From contig JANPIC010000133.1 of assembly GCA_031424795.1 (NCBI GenBank), forward strand, positions 12,634 through 76,633: a stretch of 64,000 nucleotides of DNA, read 5' to 3'. Every line of letters begins with the position of its first letter. Position 1 is the stretch's first letter. The notes under the pieces were generated by a model. It did not search any database. It worked only from the letters and a program-made list of their open reading frames with translations, and had not been told where the DNA came from. Made by a program: the position numbers and the translations under genes. The DNA comes from Polaromonas sp. (lineage in GTDB: Bacteria; Pseudomonadota; Gammaproteobacteria; Burkholderiales; Burkholderiaceae_C). This document shows, piece after piece, positions 18,934 through 28,032 of the stretch.

Positions 18934-19635
18934 ATGTCAAGCAACTCAACCACCTTCGAGCAACCTGTCTTTGAGCGTGTGTCCCCCGAATTAGTAGCAC
19001 GTGCCAAACAATTTCAAAGCGCTATTTTGTGCGATGTTTTTGGTCGCAGAGGCTCGCTCAATGCACGCGTGCAGCCTTTGAACCCGTCGATGAAAATCGC
19101 CGGTCCTGCCTTCACGGTGGAGGTTAGACCCGGTGACAACCTGATGTTTCACGTTGCGCTAGCCTTAGCCCAACCAGGCGATGTCATCATTGTTGATGGC
19201 AAAGGAGACGATACCTGCGCTCTCGTGGGCGAGTTGATGGTCACACAAGCCGAAGCCGCTGGTTTGGCTGGTTTCGTGGTTGACGCAGCTTCACGTGACG
19301 CAGACACGCTTGCTAAAGGGGTATTTCCGATTTTTTCAGCAGGTCGTAACCCTTGTGGACCCACTAAAGGGCTTGCCGGTACGATTGGAAAACCCATCTC
19401 CATTGCAGGTGCACCTGTCCAGCCTGGCGACTTGGTGGTCGGTGACGCAGACGGCGTCGTCGTCATTCCGCGTGCAGACGTCGCCCGCGTGTTGGAGGCA
19501 GCCGAGCTGAAATTAGCCGCTGAAAAAACGCGATTGGATGAAATTGCACGCGGTGAACTGGTCTCGCCTTGGTTGCATGAGGCTTTGAGCAGCGCCGGTT
19601 TACCTGCTTTGCCGAAACTGCCAGTTCCAGCCTGA
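18934..19635 (+). CDS. RraA-family protein (HMG/CHA aldolase / oxaloacetate decarboxylase-like)
   Basis: The GDVIIVDG...GELM...AGFVVDAASRD pattern of the RraA fold. The ATG at 18934 avoids overlap with the upstream Bug gene. Confidence 0.75.
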   Translation: MSSNSTTFEQPVFERVSPELVARAKQFQSAILCDVFGRRGSLNARVQPLNPSMKIAGPAFTVEVRPGDNLMFHVALALAQPGDVIIVDGKGDDTCALVGELMVTQAEAAGLAGFVVDAASRDADTLAKGVFPIFSAGRNPCGPTKGLAGTIGKPISIAGAPVQPGDLVVGDADGVVVIPRADVARVLEAAELKLAAEKTRLDEIARGELVSPWLHEALSSAGLPALPKLPVPA

Positions 19636-19657
19636 TTGGAGTAATTGGAGTAAAGCC

Positions 19658-20578
19658 ATGAGCAAAGAAACCATTGTCGTAACAGCAGCCTCAATCCATG
19701 TGGATGCCGATGCCATGCTTTCAGACTACCGTGTGATTTATGCAGATGTGCGTGCGGGCGAGGAAGCGCTTGCCGATCTGTGCCGTCAAGAGGAACCCGT
19801 CGGCATCATGGTTCGATACGGCAACATCTCAGAAATGGTGATTGCAGCCTCGCCTAAATTGAGGGTGATTGCTAAGCATGGTGTCGGCACTGACAACATC
19901 GATAAAAAAGCGGCGGAGCGCTTAGGGATACCTGTTACCGCTGCTTTGGGCTCGAACAGCCAAGCGGTGGCGGAGCACACCTTAGGTTTGATGTTTGCGT
20001 GTGCGCGAAAACTGGCTTGGCTGGATGCGCGCATGAAGCAGGGGCATTGGGACAAAGACAACTACTTGGGTTTAGAACTTCGCGGGGCAACGTTGGGGCT
20101 GATAGGTGCAGGTGCTATTGGCGGTGGCGTCGCAACTGTGGCGCTCGCACTCGGTATGCAGGTTGTTGTTTACGACCCGTTTGCCAAGCCGGGCAGTCTG
20201 CCAGAGGGTGCTCGCCTGATGGCAGATCTGGATGAGTTGCTCAAACTCGCCGACGTGATTTCTCTGCATTGTCCGTTGACAGACGGTACGCGCGGTCTTC
20301 TGAGTCGAAAGCGCCTTTCGAGCATCAAAGATGGCGCCATCATCATAAATACTGCCAGAGCGGGGCTGTTTGACGAAGAAGCCATGCTTGATGAGTTGGA
20401 AGCTGAGCGTTTGGTTGCGGGCATTGACTGTTTTCAGGATGAACCACTAAAAAAAGATGCTCGCTGGTTGACGGTTCCTAATACGGTACTGACCCCGCAT
20501 ATCGGCGGGACGACTGCGACAGCATTTAGGGCGATGGGTGTGGATGCGGCAAGATCTATTTTGTCGAATTTGAGCTAA
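19658..20578 (+). CDS. D-isomer-specific 2-hydroxyacid dehydrogenase, NAD-binding
   Basis: GLIGAGAIGGGVA Rossmann motif, a catalytic Arg/Glu/His pattern, and a TPHIGG C-terminal motif. Confidence 0.85.
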   Translation: MSKETIVVTAASIHVDADAMLSDYRVIYADVRAGEEALADLCRQEEPVGIMVRYGNISEMVIAASPKLRVIAKHGVGTDNIDKKAAERLGIPVTAALGSNSQAVAEHTLGLMFACARKLAWLDARMKQGHWDKDNYLGLELRGATLGLIGAGAIGGGVATVALALGMQVVVYDPFAKPGSLPEGARLMADLDELLKLADVISLHCPLTDGTRGLLSRKRLSSIKDGAIIINTARAGLFDEEAMLDELEAERLVAGIDCFQDEPLKKDARWLTVPNTVLTPHIGGTTATAFRAMGVDAARSILSNLS

Positions 20579-20580
20579 AA

Positions 20581-20652
20581 AAGCAATGAATATGCCTGCA
20601 GCCGGCGTATTTATTCATTATATAGCTATAAAAATTATAGCAATTCTAGAGG
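20581..20652 (-). repeat. Dispersed repeat, copy C (reverse), intergenic, 3 nt after the dehydrogenase stop
   Basis: aagcaatgaatatgcctgcagccggcgtatttattcattatatagctataaaaattatagcaattctagagg. Confidence 0.85.
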
Positions 20653-20684
20653 GTATTTAAAGTTACCCGCCTAGACTTGAGTCA

Positions 20685-21692
20685 TTAAAACAACTGTAAA
20701 CTTACCCAGTAGGCAACGGCTGCGACAAATGCGCTGGCTGGAATCGTGAAAATCCAAGCCCACACAATGTTGCCAGCCACACCCCAACGCACCGCACTGG
20801 CGCGCTGAACTGAACCTACGCCGACGATAGAACCTGTAATGGTGTGCGTCGTGGAGACCGGAACACCTAAAAAGGTGTTTAAAAACAAGGTGATAGCGCC
20901 AGCGCCTTCCGCACAAAAGCCACCCACTGGTTTAAGTTTGGTGATTTTTTGTCCCATGGTTTTCACAATGCGCCAGCCGCCAAACATGGTGCCCGCGCCA
21001 ATGGCGCAGTAAGCTGAAATGGCCACCCACATCGGCGGCGATTTGTCGCCAGCGGCAGAGTAGCCCGTTGCAATCAACAGCATCCAGATGATGCCGATGG
21101 TTTTTTGCGCATCGTTACCGCCATGGCCTAAGCTAAACGCAGCCGCTGAAAGCAGCTGCAGACGTCTAAAAATGCGATCTACTTTAGAGGGTGCCGTTTT
21201 GCGGCAAATCCATGCAACCGCGACCATCAGCAATGAACCGAGCACAAATCCCAATATGGGGGACACAAAAATAAAAATGACGATTTTGATGATGCCACTT
21301 GAAATCACCGCGCCAGCGCCTGCTTTGGTGACGGCTGCGCCAATGATGCCGCCCGCTAAGGCGTGGGAAGAACTGCTTGGAATGCCGTAATACCAGGTAA
21401 TGGTGTTCCAAGTGATACCGCCAATCAGTGCGCCAAACACCACATGGATGTCAACAATGGCCGGGTTGACCAAGCCTTTGCCCATGGTGGCTGCCACGGC
21501 AAAGCCGAATACGAAAATAGCAACAGCATTAAAAAATGCAGCAAAAACAACAGCTTGACCGGGTTTTAGAACGCCAGTGGAGACTACGGTTGCGATGGAA
21601 TTGGCCGCGTCATGAAAACCATTCATAAAGTCGAAAGCCAATGCCAGCAGCACCAGCATGGCGACTATCCAAAGCGCGGTTTGGGCTTGCAT
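20685..21692 (-). CDS. PiT-family inorganic phosphate transporter
   Basis: FMNGFHDAANSIAT and GHGGNDAQKTIGI signature repeats. Confidence 0.9.
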   Translation of the reverse strand: MQAQTALWIVAMLVLLALAFDFMNGFHDAANSIATVVSTGVLKPGQAVVFAAFFNAVAIFVFGFAVAATMGKGLVNPAIVDIHVVFGALIGGITWNTITWYYGIPSSSSHALAGGIIGAAVTKAGAGAVISSGIIKIVIFIFVSPILGFVLGSLLMVAVAWICRKTAPSKVDRIFRRLQLLSAAAFSLGHGGNDAQKTIGIIWMLLIATGYSAAGDKSPPMWVAISAYCAIGAGTMFGGWRIVKTMGQKITKLKPVGGFCAEGAGAITLFLNTFLGVPVSTTHTITGSIVGVGSVQRASAVRWGVAGNIVWAWIFTIPASAFVAAVAYWVSLQLF

Positions 21693-22339
21693 TAAGAGTT
21701 CTCCAGAATGATGCCTTCAATCAAGTTCGCCACGTCTTCGCATTTGTCTGTAATCGTCTCAAGCAGCTCGTAAATGGCTTTGAGTTTGATAATTTCGCGT
21801 ACGTCGTTCTCTTCGCGGAACAGCTTGCTCATGGCGCTGCGCATCACGCGGTCTGCATCTGACTCAAGTTTGTCAATTTCTTCGCAGGTTTTCAGCGCTG
21901 TTTCAGCGGTCGCTGGGTCGGCAATGCTGCCTAGCAAATAGACCGCATCTTTGAGACGGTCTATACATTTCACACTGATGTCAGTGAGGCGCTTGATGTC
22001 GGGTGTCATCTCGCGCACGTCATATAAAGCCATGGTTTCAGCAGAATCTTGCAGCAAATCTGCCACATCGTCCATGGTGTTGATGAGTTTGTGGATGTGC
22101 TCACGGTCGATCGGGGTGATGAATGTTTTGTGCAACATTTGATTCACATCACGGGTCACGCGGTCAGCAGCGCGCTCGGCATTGTCAACGTCGCGGTTGT
22201 ATTGCTCGCGCAGGTGTGTATCGTTGTAGTTGTCTACCAAATGCGAAAAGGCGCGTGCCGCTTCGACGGTGCGGTCGGCGTGCTGGTTGAACATTTCAAA
22301 AAAGTTGCCTTCGCGTGGCAGTAATTTACCGAAGAACAT
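21692..22339 (-). CDS. DUF47-family (PhoU-like) Pit accessory protein
   Basis: 215 aa helical protein starting MFFGKLLPREGNFFEMF. Its stop overlaps the start of the PiT gene. Confidence 0.8.
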   Translation of the reverse strand: MFFGKLLPREGNFFEMFNQHADRTVEAARAFSHLVDNYNDTHLREQYNRDVDNAERAADRVTRDVNQMLHKTFITPIDREHIHKLINTMDDVADLLQDSAETMALYDVREMTPDIKRLTDISVKCIDRLKDAVYLLGSIADPATAETALKTCEEIDKLESDADRVMRSAMSKLFREENDVREIIKLKAIYELLETITDKCEDVANLIEGIILENS

Positions 22340-22454
22340 GGAAGCCTCCCGTGGGATATATTTCTATTACGTGTCAAAAAGATGACGTTTTGATGACTCC
22401 GAGGAGTTTAACCGCGAGTTAAACCAAGCTAATAGATTTAAATTTAAAAAAGCT

Positions 22455-22489
22455 AAAAAAAAACCGCACAACGCAAAAGTTGTACGGTT
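22455..22489 (-). terminator. Intrinsic terminator after tRNA-Leu
   Basis: The minus strand reads AACCGTACAAC-TTTTGC-GTTGTGCGGTT followed by TTTTTTTT. Confidence 0.7.
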
Positions 22490-22494
22490 TTTAG

Positions 22495-22581
22495 TGGTGC
22501 CGGAGGCCGGAATCGAACCGGCACGGGTCTTACCCCGCGGGATTTTGAGTCCCGTGCGTCTACCAATTTCACCACTCCGGC
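22495..22581 (-). tRNA. tRNA-Leu (anticodon CAA), type II with long variable arm, CCA encoded
   Basis: The reverse complement GCCGGAG-TG-GTGAAATTGGTAGACGC-A-CGGGA-CTCAAAA-TCCCG-CGGGGTAAGACCCGT-GCCGG-TTCGATT-CCGGC-CTCCGGC-ACCA folds as a cloverleaf. Confidence 0.9.
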
Positions 22582-22595
22582 AATTGGAATCTGTG

Positions 22596-22615
22596 AAGCC
22601 TCGAATTATGACACA
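22596..22615 (-). promoter_or_regulatory. Putative tRNA-Leu promoter
   Basis: The minus strand reads GTCATAATTCGAGGCTTCA. The -10 box ends about 24 nt upstream of the mature tRNA 5' end. Confidence 0.45.
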
Positions 22616-22635
22616 TTTTATGGCACATTATTGGC

Positions 22636-23538
22636 ATGAACTATTTAACCATTGAAGATGTCATCGGAAAAACGCCTTTAGTTGCTTTGCAGCGAATAGG
22701 TGCTGCAGAAAATAAGCTTAGAAACAATGTTGTTTTGGGTAAATTAGAAGGCAATAACCCTGCAGGCTCGGTGAAAGACAGAGCCGCCATGTCCATGATC
22801 AAACGGGCTGAGGAGCGCGGGCAGATCAAACCTGGTGATAAATTGATTGAGGCAACCTCTGGCAACACCGGGATTGCCTTGGCGATGGCAGCCGCAATCA
22901 GAGGCTACAACATGGTGCTCATCATGCCGGAAGACCTGTCTATTGAGCGTGTGCAAACCATGAAAGCCTTTGGTGCAGAGCTGATTTTGACGCCCAAAAG
23001 CGGTGGCATGGAATACGCCCGTGACTTGGCTGAGCAAATGCAAGCAGAAGGTAAAGGTTTGGTTTTAGACCAGTTTGCCAACCAAGATAACCCGCGCAGC
23101 CATTACGAGACGACTGGCCCAGAGTTGTGGGCCGATACCAATGGGAAAATCACCCACTTTGTCAGTGCCATGGGCACGACGGGAACAATTACAGGTGTAT
23201 CCAAATACTTAAAAGAAAAAAATCCCAACGTCAAAATCATTGGTGCGCAGCCATCTGAGGGGTCACGTATTCCTGGCATACGCAAATGGCCCACAGAATA
23301 TTTACCCAAAATTTATGACCCCACTCATGTGGACGAATTGGTACTGGTAAGCCAAACCGATGCTGAAAATATGTGCCGTCAATTGGCAAAAGACGAAGGT
23401 ATTTTTTGCGGCATTTCAGCGGCAGGCGCATGCTGGGTGGCACAGCAAATTGCCCAGACTGTTGAAAATGCGACGATTGCGTTTATCGTTTGCGATCGGG
23501 GTGACAGGTATTTGTCGACAGGTGTTTTCCCAGCATGA
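22636..23538 (+). CDS. cysM: Cysteine synthase B (O-acetylserine sulfhydrylase)
   Basis: 300 aa. PLP-lysine motif NPAGSVKDRAA and the SGNTG loop. Confidence 0.85.
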   Translation: MNYLTIEDVIGKTPLVALQRIGAAENKLRNNVVLGKLEGNNPAGSVKDRAAMSMIKRAEERGQIKPGDKLIEATSGNTGIALAMAAAIRGYNMVLIMPEDLSIERVQTMKAFGAELILTPKSGGMEYARDLAEQMQAEGKGLVLDQFANQDNPRSHYETTGPELWADTNGKITHFVSAMGTTGTITGVSKYLKEKNPNVKIIGAQPSEGSRIPGIRKWPTEYLPKIYDPTHVDELVLVSQTDAENMCRQLAKDEGIFCGISAAGACWVAQQIAQTVENATIAFIVCDRGDRYLSTGVFPA

Positions 23539-24854
23539 CGTCGAACATGACGATTGAGTCAAACTTTATAAAAGGCATCACGCCAGCTATCAATGCGGAT
23601 GCGGCTAGAGCAATCGCTGCAGAGTTAGATCTGCGCAACCCGCCAGCAGCTTTCTATAGCAATCCGTATCCTGTTTATGCAGCTTTACGCGAGTTTGAGC
23701 CTGTGCGTCGTATGCCTGACGGCTCGGTGCTAATCACGCGCTACAAGGATTTGATTCAAGTTTATAAAGATGCGCATACGTTTAGCTCGGACAAAAAAAT
23801 TGAGTTCACACCAAAGTTTGGTGATGCACCGCATTTATTGGAACATCACACCACGAGTTTGATTTTTAACGACCCACCACTACACACGCAGGTGCGACAA
23901 ATCATGATGGGCGCGTTGACGCGCCGCGCGATTGACCAAATGGAAAGCAGTTTGACCGAGCTAGTTTCTAAGCTTGCCGATCGTATTCAAACCCAAGGTG
24001 GCGGTGATTTGATTGAGGATTTTGCAGCAGCTATTCCGATTGAAGTGATTGGAAACTTGTTGAACATTCCCCACGACGAACGTGACCCTCTCAGAGATTG
24101 GTCACTCGCTATTTTGGGTGCGCTTGAGCCGAAAATTTCGGTTGATCAAGCGCAGCGCGGGAATACTGCAGTCGCTGAATTTTTAGAGTACTTGAAGGTC
24201 TTGGTGGCTGACAGGAGAACGCATCCTGGCAACCCCGAAAGCGATGTGTTGACACGTTTGATTCAAGGTGAGCGCAGCGACAACGGGCAACGATTGAGTG
24301 AAAACGAGTTGCTGCATAACTGCATTTTTATTTTGAACGCTGGCCATGAAACCACGACGAATTTAATCGGCAATGCCTTGGTTGCACTGCAAGAGTGGCC
24401 GGAGCAAAAAGAGCTGCTTATCAAACGCATAGTCGAATCTCAGTACGATAAAGCGACTTTGGACGATGTGTTGAGTACTGCTGTTGATGAGTTCTTGCGG
24501 TTTGAGTCGTCGAACCAGCTCGGAAATCGCCGTGCAACCGTCGATTGCATCGTGGGCGAGGTCCCGCTACTTAAAGGGACATTGATAACGTTGTGCATTG
24601 GTTCGGCCAACCGCGATCCGACTCAGTTTGAGAGTGCTGAATTGATGGATATCACGCGACCCAATTGCAAACATTTGTCGTTCGCTTTTGGAATTCACCA
24701 ATGTGCAGGGCTTCACTTGGCGCGTTTGGAGGGCAGGGTTGCATTGCAAATCTTCTTACAGCGATTCCCTAATTACAAACTGACTGCAGCGCCAACACGC
24801 GGTGGTCGTGCGCGTTTTAGAGGTTTTTTGAACGCCCCGTTCTCCATAAATTAA
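23535..24854 (+). CDS. Cytochrome P450
   Basis: I-helix AGHETT, the EFLR (ExxR) motif and the heme-thiolate loop FAFGIHQCAGLHLA. Its ATG overlaps the cysM stop (ATGA). Confidence 0.9.
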   Translation: MTSNMTIESNFIKGITPAINADAARAIAAELDLRNPPAAFYSNPYPVYAALREFEPVRRMPDGSVLITRYKDLIQVYKDAHTFSSDKKIEFTPKFGDAPHLLEHHTTSLIFNDPPLHTQVRQIMMGALTRRAIDQMESSLTELVSKLADRIQTQGGGDLIEDFAAAIPIEVIGNLLNIPHDERDPLRDWSLAILGALEPKISVDQAQRGNTAVAEFLEYLKVLVADRRTHPGNPESDVLTRLIQGERSDNGQRLSENELLHNCIFILNAGHETTTNLIGNALVALQEWPEQKELLIKRIVESQYDKATLDDVLSTAVDEFLRFESSNQLGNRRATVDCIVGEVPLLKGTLITLCIGSANRDPTQFESAELMDITRPNCKHLSFAFGIHQCAGLHLARLEGRVALQIFLQRFPNYKLTAAPTRGGRARFRGFLNAPFSIN

Positions 24855-24858
24855 ATCA

Positions 24859-25401
24859 TTGAGAGAGATTTCTGTGACACAAGCTTATAAATATTGCCCT
24901 TCATGTGCCTCTCCTTTGGCTTTCGTTGCCTTGATGGAGGACGGCGGCATGAAAGAACGCTTGCGTTGTCAAGTTTGTGATTTCACGCACTGGAACAACC
25001 CAACGCCTGTGCTGGCCGCAGTCATTGAGTATGAAGGGCGAATTTTTCTTGCGCAAAACGCAGCTTGGCCAGGCAAGATGTTTGCACTGATTACTGGCTT
25101 TATGGAAGCTGGGGAAACGCCTACTGAAGGTATTGCGCGCGAAATCAAAGAAGAGACGAATCTTGATGTCAGCGAACTCAATTTGATTGGTGTTTACGAT
25201 TTTCAGCGCATGAATCAAATCATCATTGCTTACCATGCAGTCGCTTCGGGGGATGTTGTTTTGTCGCCTGAGCTGGTCGATTTCAGGCTGTTCTCACCGC
25301 AAACGGTGAAGTGTTGGCCTTCAAGCACGGGTTATGCCTTGGCTGATTGGCTTAAATCGCGTGGGCATGAACCGCAATTTGTGGAGTGGCCAAAGTCTTA
25401 A
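24859..25401 (+). CDS. NUDIX hydrolase with an N-terminal zinc ribbon (NudC-like architecture)
   Basis: CPSC...CQVC zinc ribbon and Nudix box GFMEAGETPTEGIAREIKEETN. Confidence 0.8.
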   Translation: MREISVTQAYKYCPSCASPLAFVALMEDGGMKERLRCQVCDFTHWNNPTPVLAAVIEYEGRIFLAQNAAWPGKMFALITGFMEAGETPTEGIAREIKEETNLDVSELNLIGVYDFQRMNQIIIAYHAVASGDVVLSPELVDFRLFSPQTVKCWPSSTGYALADWLKSRGHEPQFVEWPKS

Positions 25402-25425
25402 AAATACAAAGTCTGTTCCAAAGTA

Positions 25426-25461
25426 AAAAGCCCTTCAAACGATATGTTTGAAGGGCTTTTT
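25426..25461. terminator. Bidirectional intrinsic terminator between the Nudix gene and rpmG
   Basis: aaaaagcccttcaaac-gata-tgtttgaagggcttttt. Confidence 0.8.
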
Positions 25462-25477
25462 AAGTCGAAAAACTGAA

Positions 25478-25645
25478 TTACTTCAATTTAACTTCTTTGT
25501 AATCCACATGCTTACGTGCTTTTGGATCAAATTTCTTGATCAGCATTTTGTCAGGAGTGGTTTTTTTGTTTTTGTCAGTCGTGTAGAAATGACCTGTACC
25601 AGCTGTTGATTCCAGCTTGATTTTTTCGCGTCCGCCTTTTGCCAT
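25478..25645 (-). CDS. rpmG: 50S ribosomal protein L33 (55 aa; below the ORF-track size cutoff)
   Basis: My translation of the minus strand is [55 protein letters not shown]. It lies directly downstream of rpmB. Confidence 0.9.
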   Translation of the reverse strand: MAKGGREKIKLESTAGTGHFYTTDKNKKTTPDKMLIKKFDPKARKHVDYKEVKLK

Positions 25646-25677
25646 GATGGTTCTCCGTATCTAGGTGTGTGGGTGGA

Positions 25678-25911
25678 TTAAGCTTGACCGCGAGCACGCA
25701 TGTCTGCGAGCACGGATTCGATGCCGTTTTTGTCGATCAAACGGATAGCTGCAGCTGAAACGCGCAGGCGAATCCAGCGGTTTTCGGCTTCGATCCAGAA
25801 GCGACGATATTGCAAATTCGGCAAAAACCGACGTTTGGTGTGGTTGTTGGCGTGAGAAACATTGTTTCCCGACATTGGGCCTTTGCCCGTTACTTCACAT
25901 ACGCGTGCCAT
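25678..25911 (-). CDS. rpmB: 50S ribosomal protein L28
   Basis: [34 protein letters not shown]. Confidence 0.95.
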   Translation of the reverse strand: MARVCEVTGKGPMSGNNVSHANNHTKRRFLPNLQYRRFWIEAENRWIRLRVSAAAIRLIDKNGIESVLADMRARGQA

Positions 25912-26040
25912 GAGGACACTCCTAAGAAAAACGCAATCTAAAGAAATTGCGCGTTAACGGCTTTCGCCGCACCTCGCCATCACAAAATGCTAAAACTAAA
26001 CATCAGAAATGGCGGTAATAATCACTGCAATAAGCAGCAA

Positions 26041-26076
26041 AGCCTTGGATTATAGCGTTTTTAGAGCTCTAAAAAC
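26041..26076 (-). promoter_or_regulatory. Putative rpmB-rpmG promoter with an overlapping 20-bp perfect palindrome
   Basis: The minus strand reads GCTATAATCCAAGGCTTTG. The palindrome GTTTTTAGAGCTCTAAAAAC (26057..26076) abuts the -10 box. Confidence 0.45.
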
Positions 26077-26144
26077 ATACTTCCTGGTCGGAAATGACCA
26101 AAACTTGGCATAAAACAAGCCAAAAATAAGCAAAAAACGGATAT

Positions 26145-27176
<1,032 letters not shown>

Positions 27177-27345
27177 TTAGACCCTAATTTCGGGTTATAA
27201 CTATCTCTGTGAATCGATTTTAGACCATCGCAATTAGGCTCGCTGAGGCAAGTCTTAAATGGGAATGGCAGATGTAACTATGTGTGCTGCTTAAGTGCGT
27301 TATCTAGTTAGTGTGCGTAGTAATTTTAAATATTAGGGTTTCAGC

Positions 27346-28020
27346 ATGACTATTTTGTCAAATTTAGATTTAATTCGGCGAGTACCTTTGTTTTCGATGC
27401 TGTCAGATGCGCAGGCGCAAACGATTGCTGAGTCAGTAACGAAGCAACGCTTTAGGCGAGGTGAGGCTGTTGTTGAAGGCGGCAAGAAAGCCAATGCGCT
27501 GTATATTATTTTGAATGGTCGTGCACACGTTGTCGCGACGGACACGCGGGGTCGTGAAGCCATCTTGGCAAATTTAAAGCAAGGTGATTACGTTGGCGAG
27601 ATGAGTCTTATAGATAACCAGCCTCACTCAGCCACGGTGCGTGCTGAAGTGCAAACAGATGTGCTCGTGCTTGGACGTACGCAGTTCGCGCGCATCTTGC
27701 CAGAAAACGCTGCCATGACATACGCCATCATGAAAGTGTTGGTACAGCGCTTGCGCCAAGCAGATCGCAAAATTGAATCGCTGGCCTTGATGGATGTCTA
27801 TGGTCGCGTCGCGAATGCGCTTTTAGATTTGTCTGAACTTGCAAGTGATGGGCACTCTTTTATCAAAGAAAAAGTGTCGCGCCAGAACATCGCCAAAACC
27901 GTGGGTGCTTCTCGCGAGATGGTCAGCCGGGTGATGAAAGACCTAGAAGACAAGGGTTATATTGAAAGTCAAGAAGATGGTTCGATCTTGATTCGGAATA
28001 GTAGCCACACCTTGTTGTAA
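27346..28020 (+). CDS. Crp/Fnr-family transcriptional regulator (cNMP-binding domain plus HTH)
   Basis: 224 aa. cNMP-binding fold (GDYVGEMSLID) and a C-terminal HTH (RQNIAKTVGASREMVSRVMKDL). Confidence 0.85.
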   Translation: MTILSNLDLIRRVPLFSMLSDAQAQTIAESVTKQRFRRGEAVVEGGKKANALYIILNGRAHVVATDTRGREAILANLKQGDYVGEMSLIDNQPHSATVRAEVQTDVLVLGRTQFARILPENAAMTYAIMKVLVQRLRQADRKIESLALMDVYGRVANALLDLSELASDGHSFIKEKVSRQNIAKTVGASREMVSRVMKDLEDKGYIESQEDGSILIRNSSHTLL

Positions 28021-28032
28021 TTCCCCAGAATT

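Noticed and set aside
22495-25401. tRNA-Leu as the anchor of a genomic island containing cysM, the P450 and the Nudix gene.
   Set aside because: There is no integrase, no direct repeat of the tRNA 3' end, and cysM is a core gene with ordinary composition. I kept only the weaker observation about P450 coupling.
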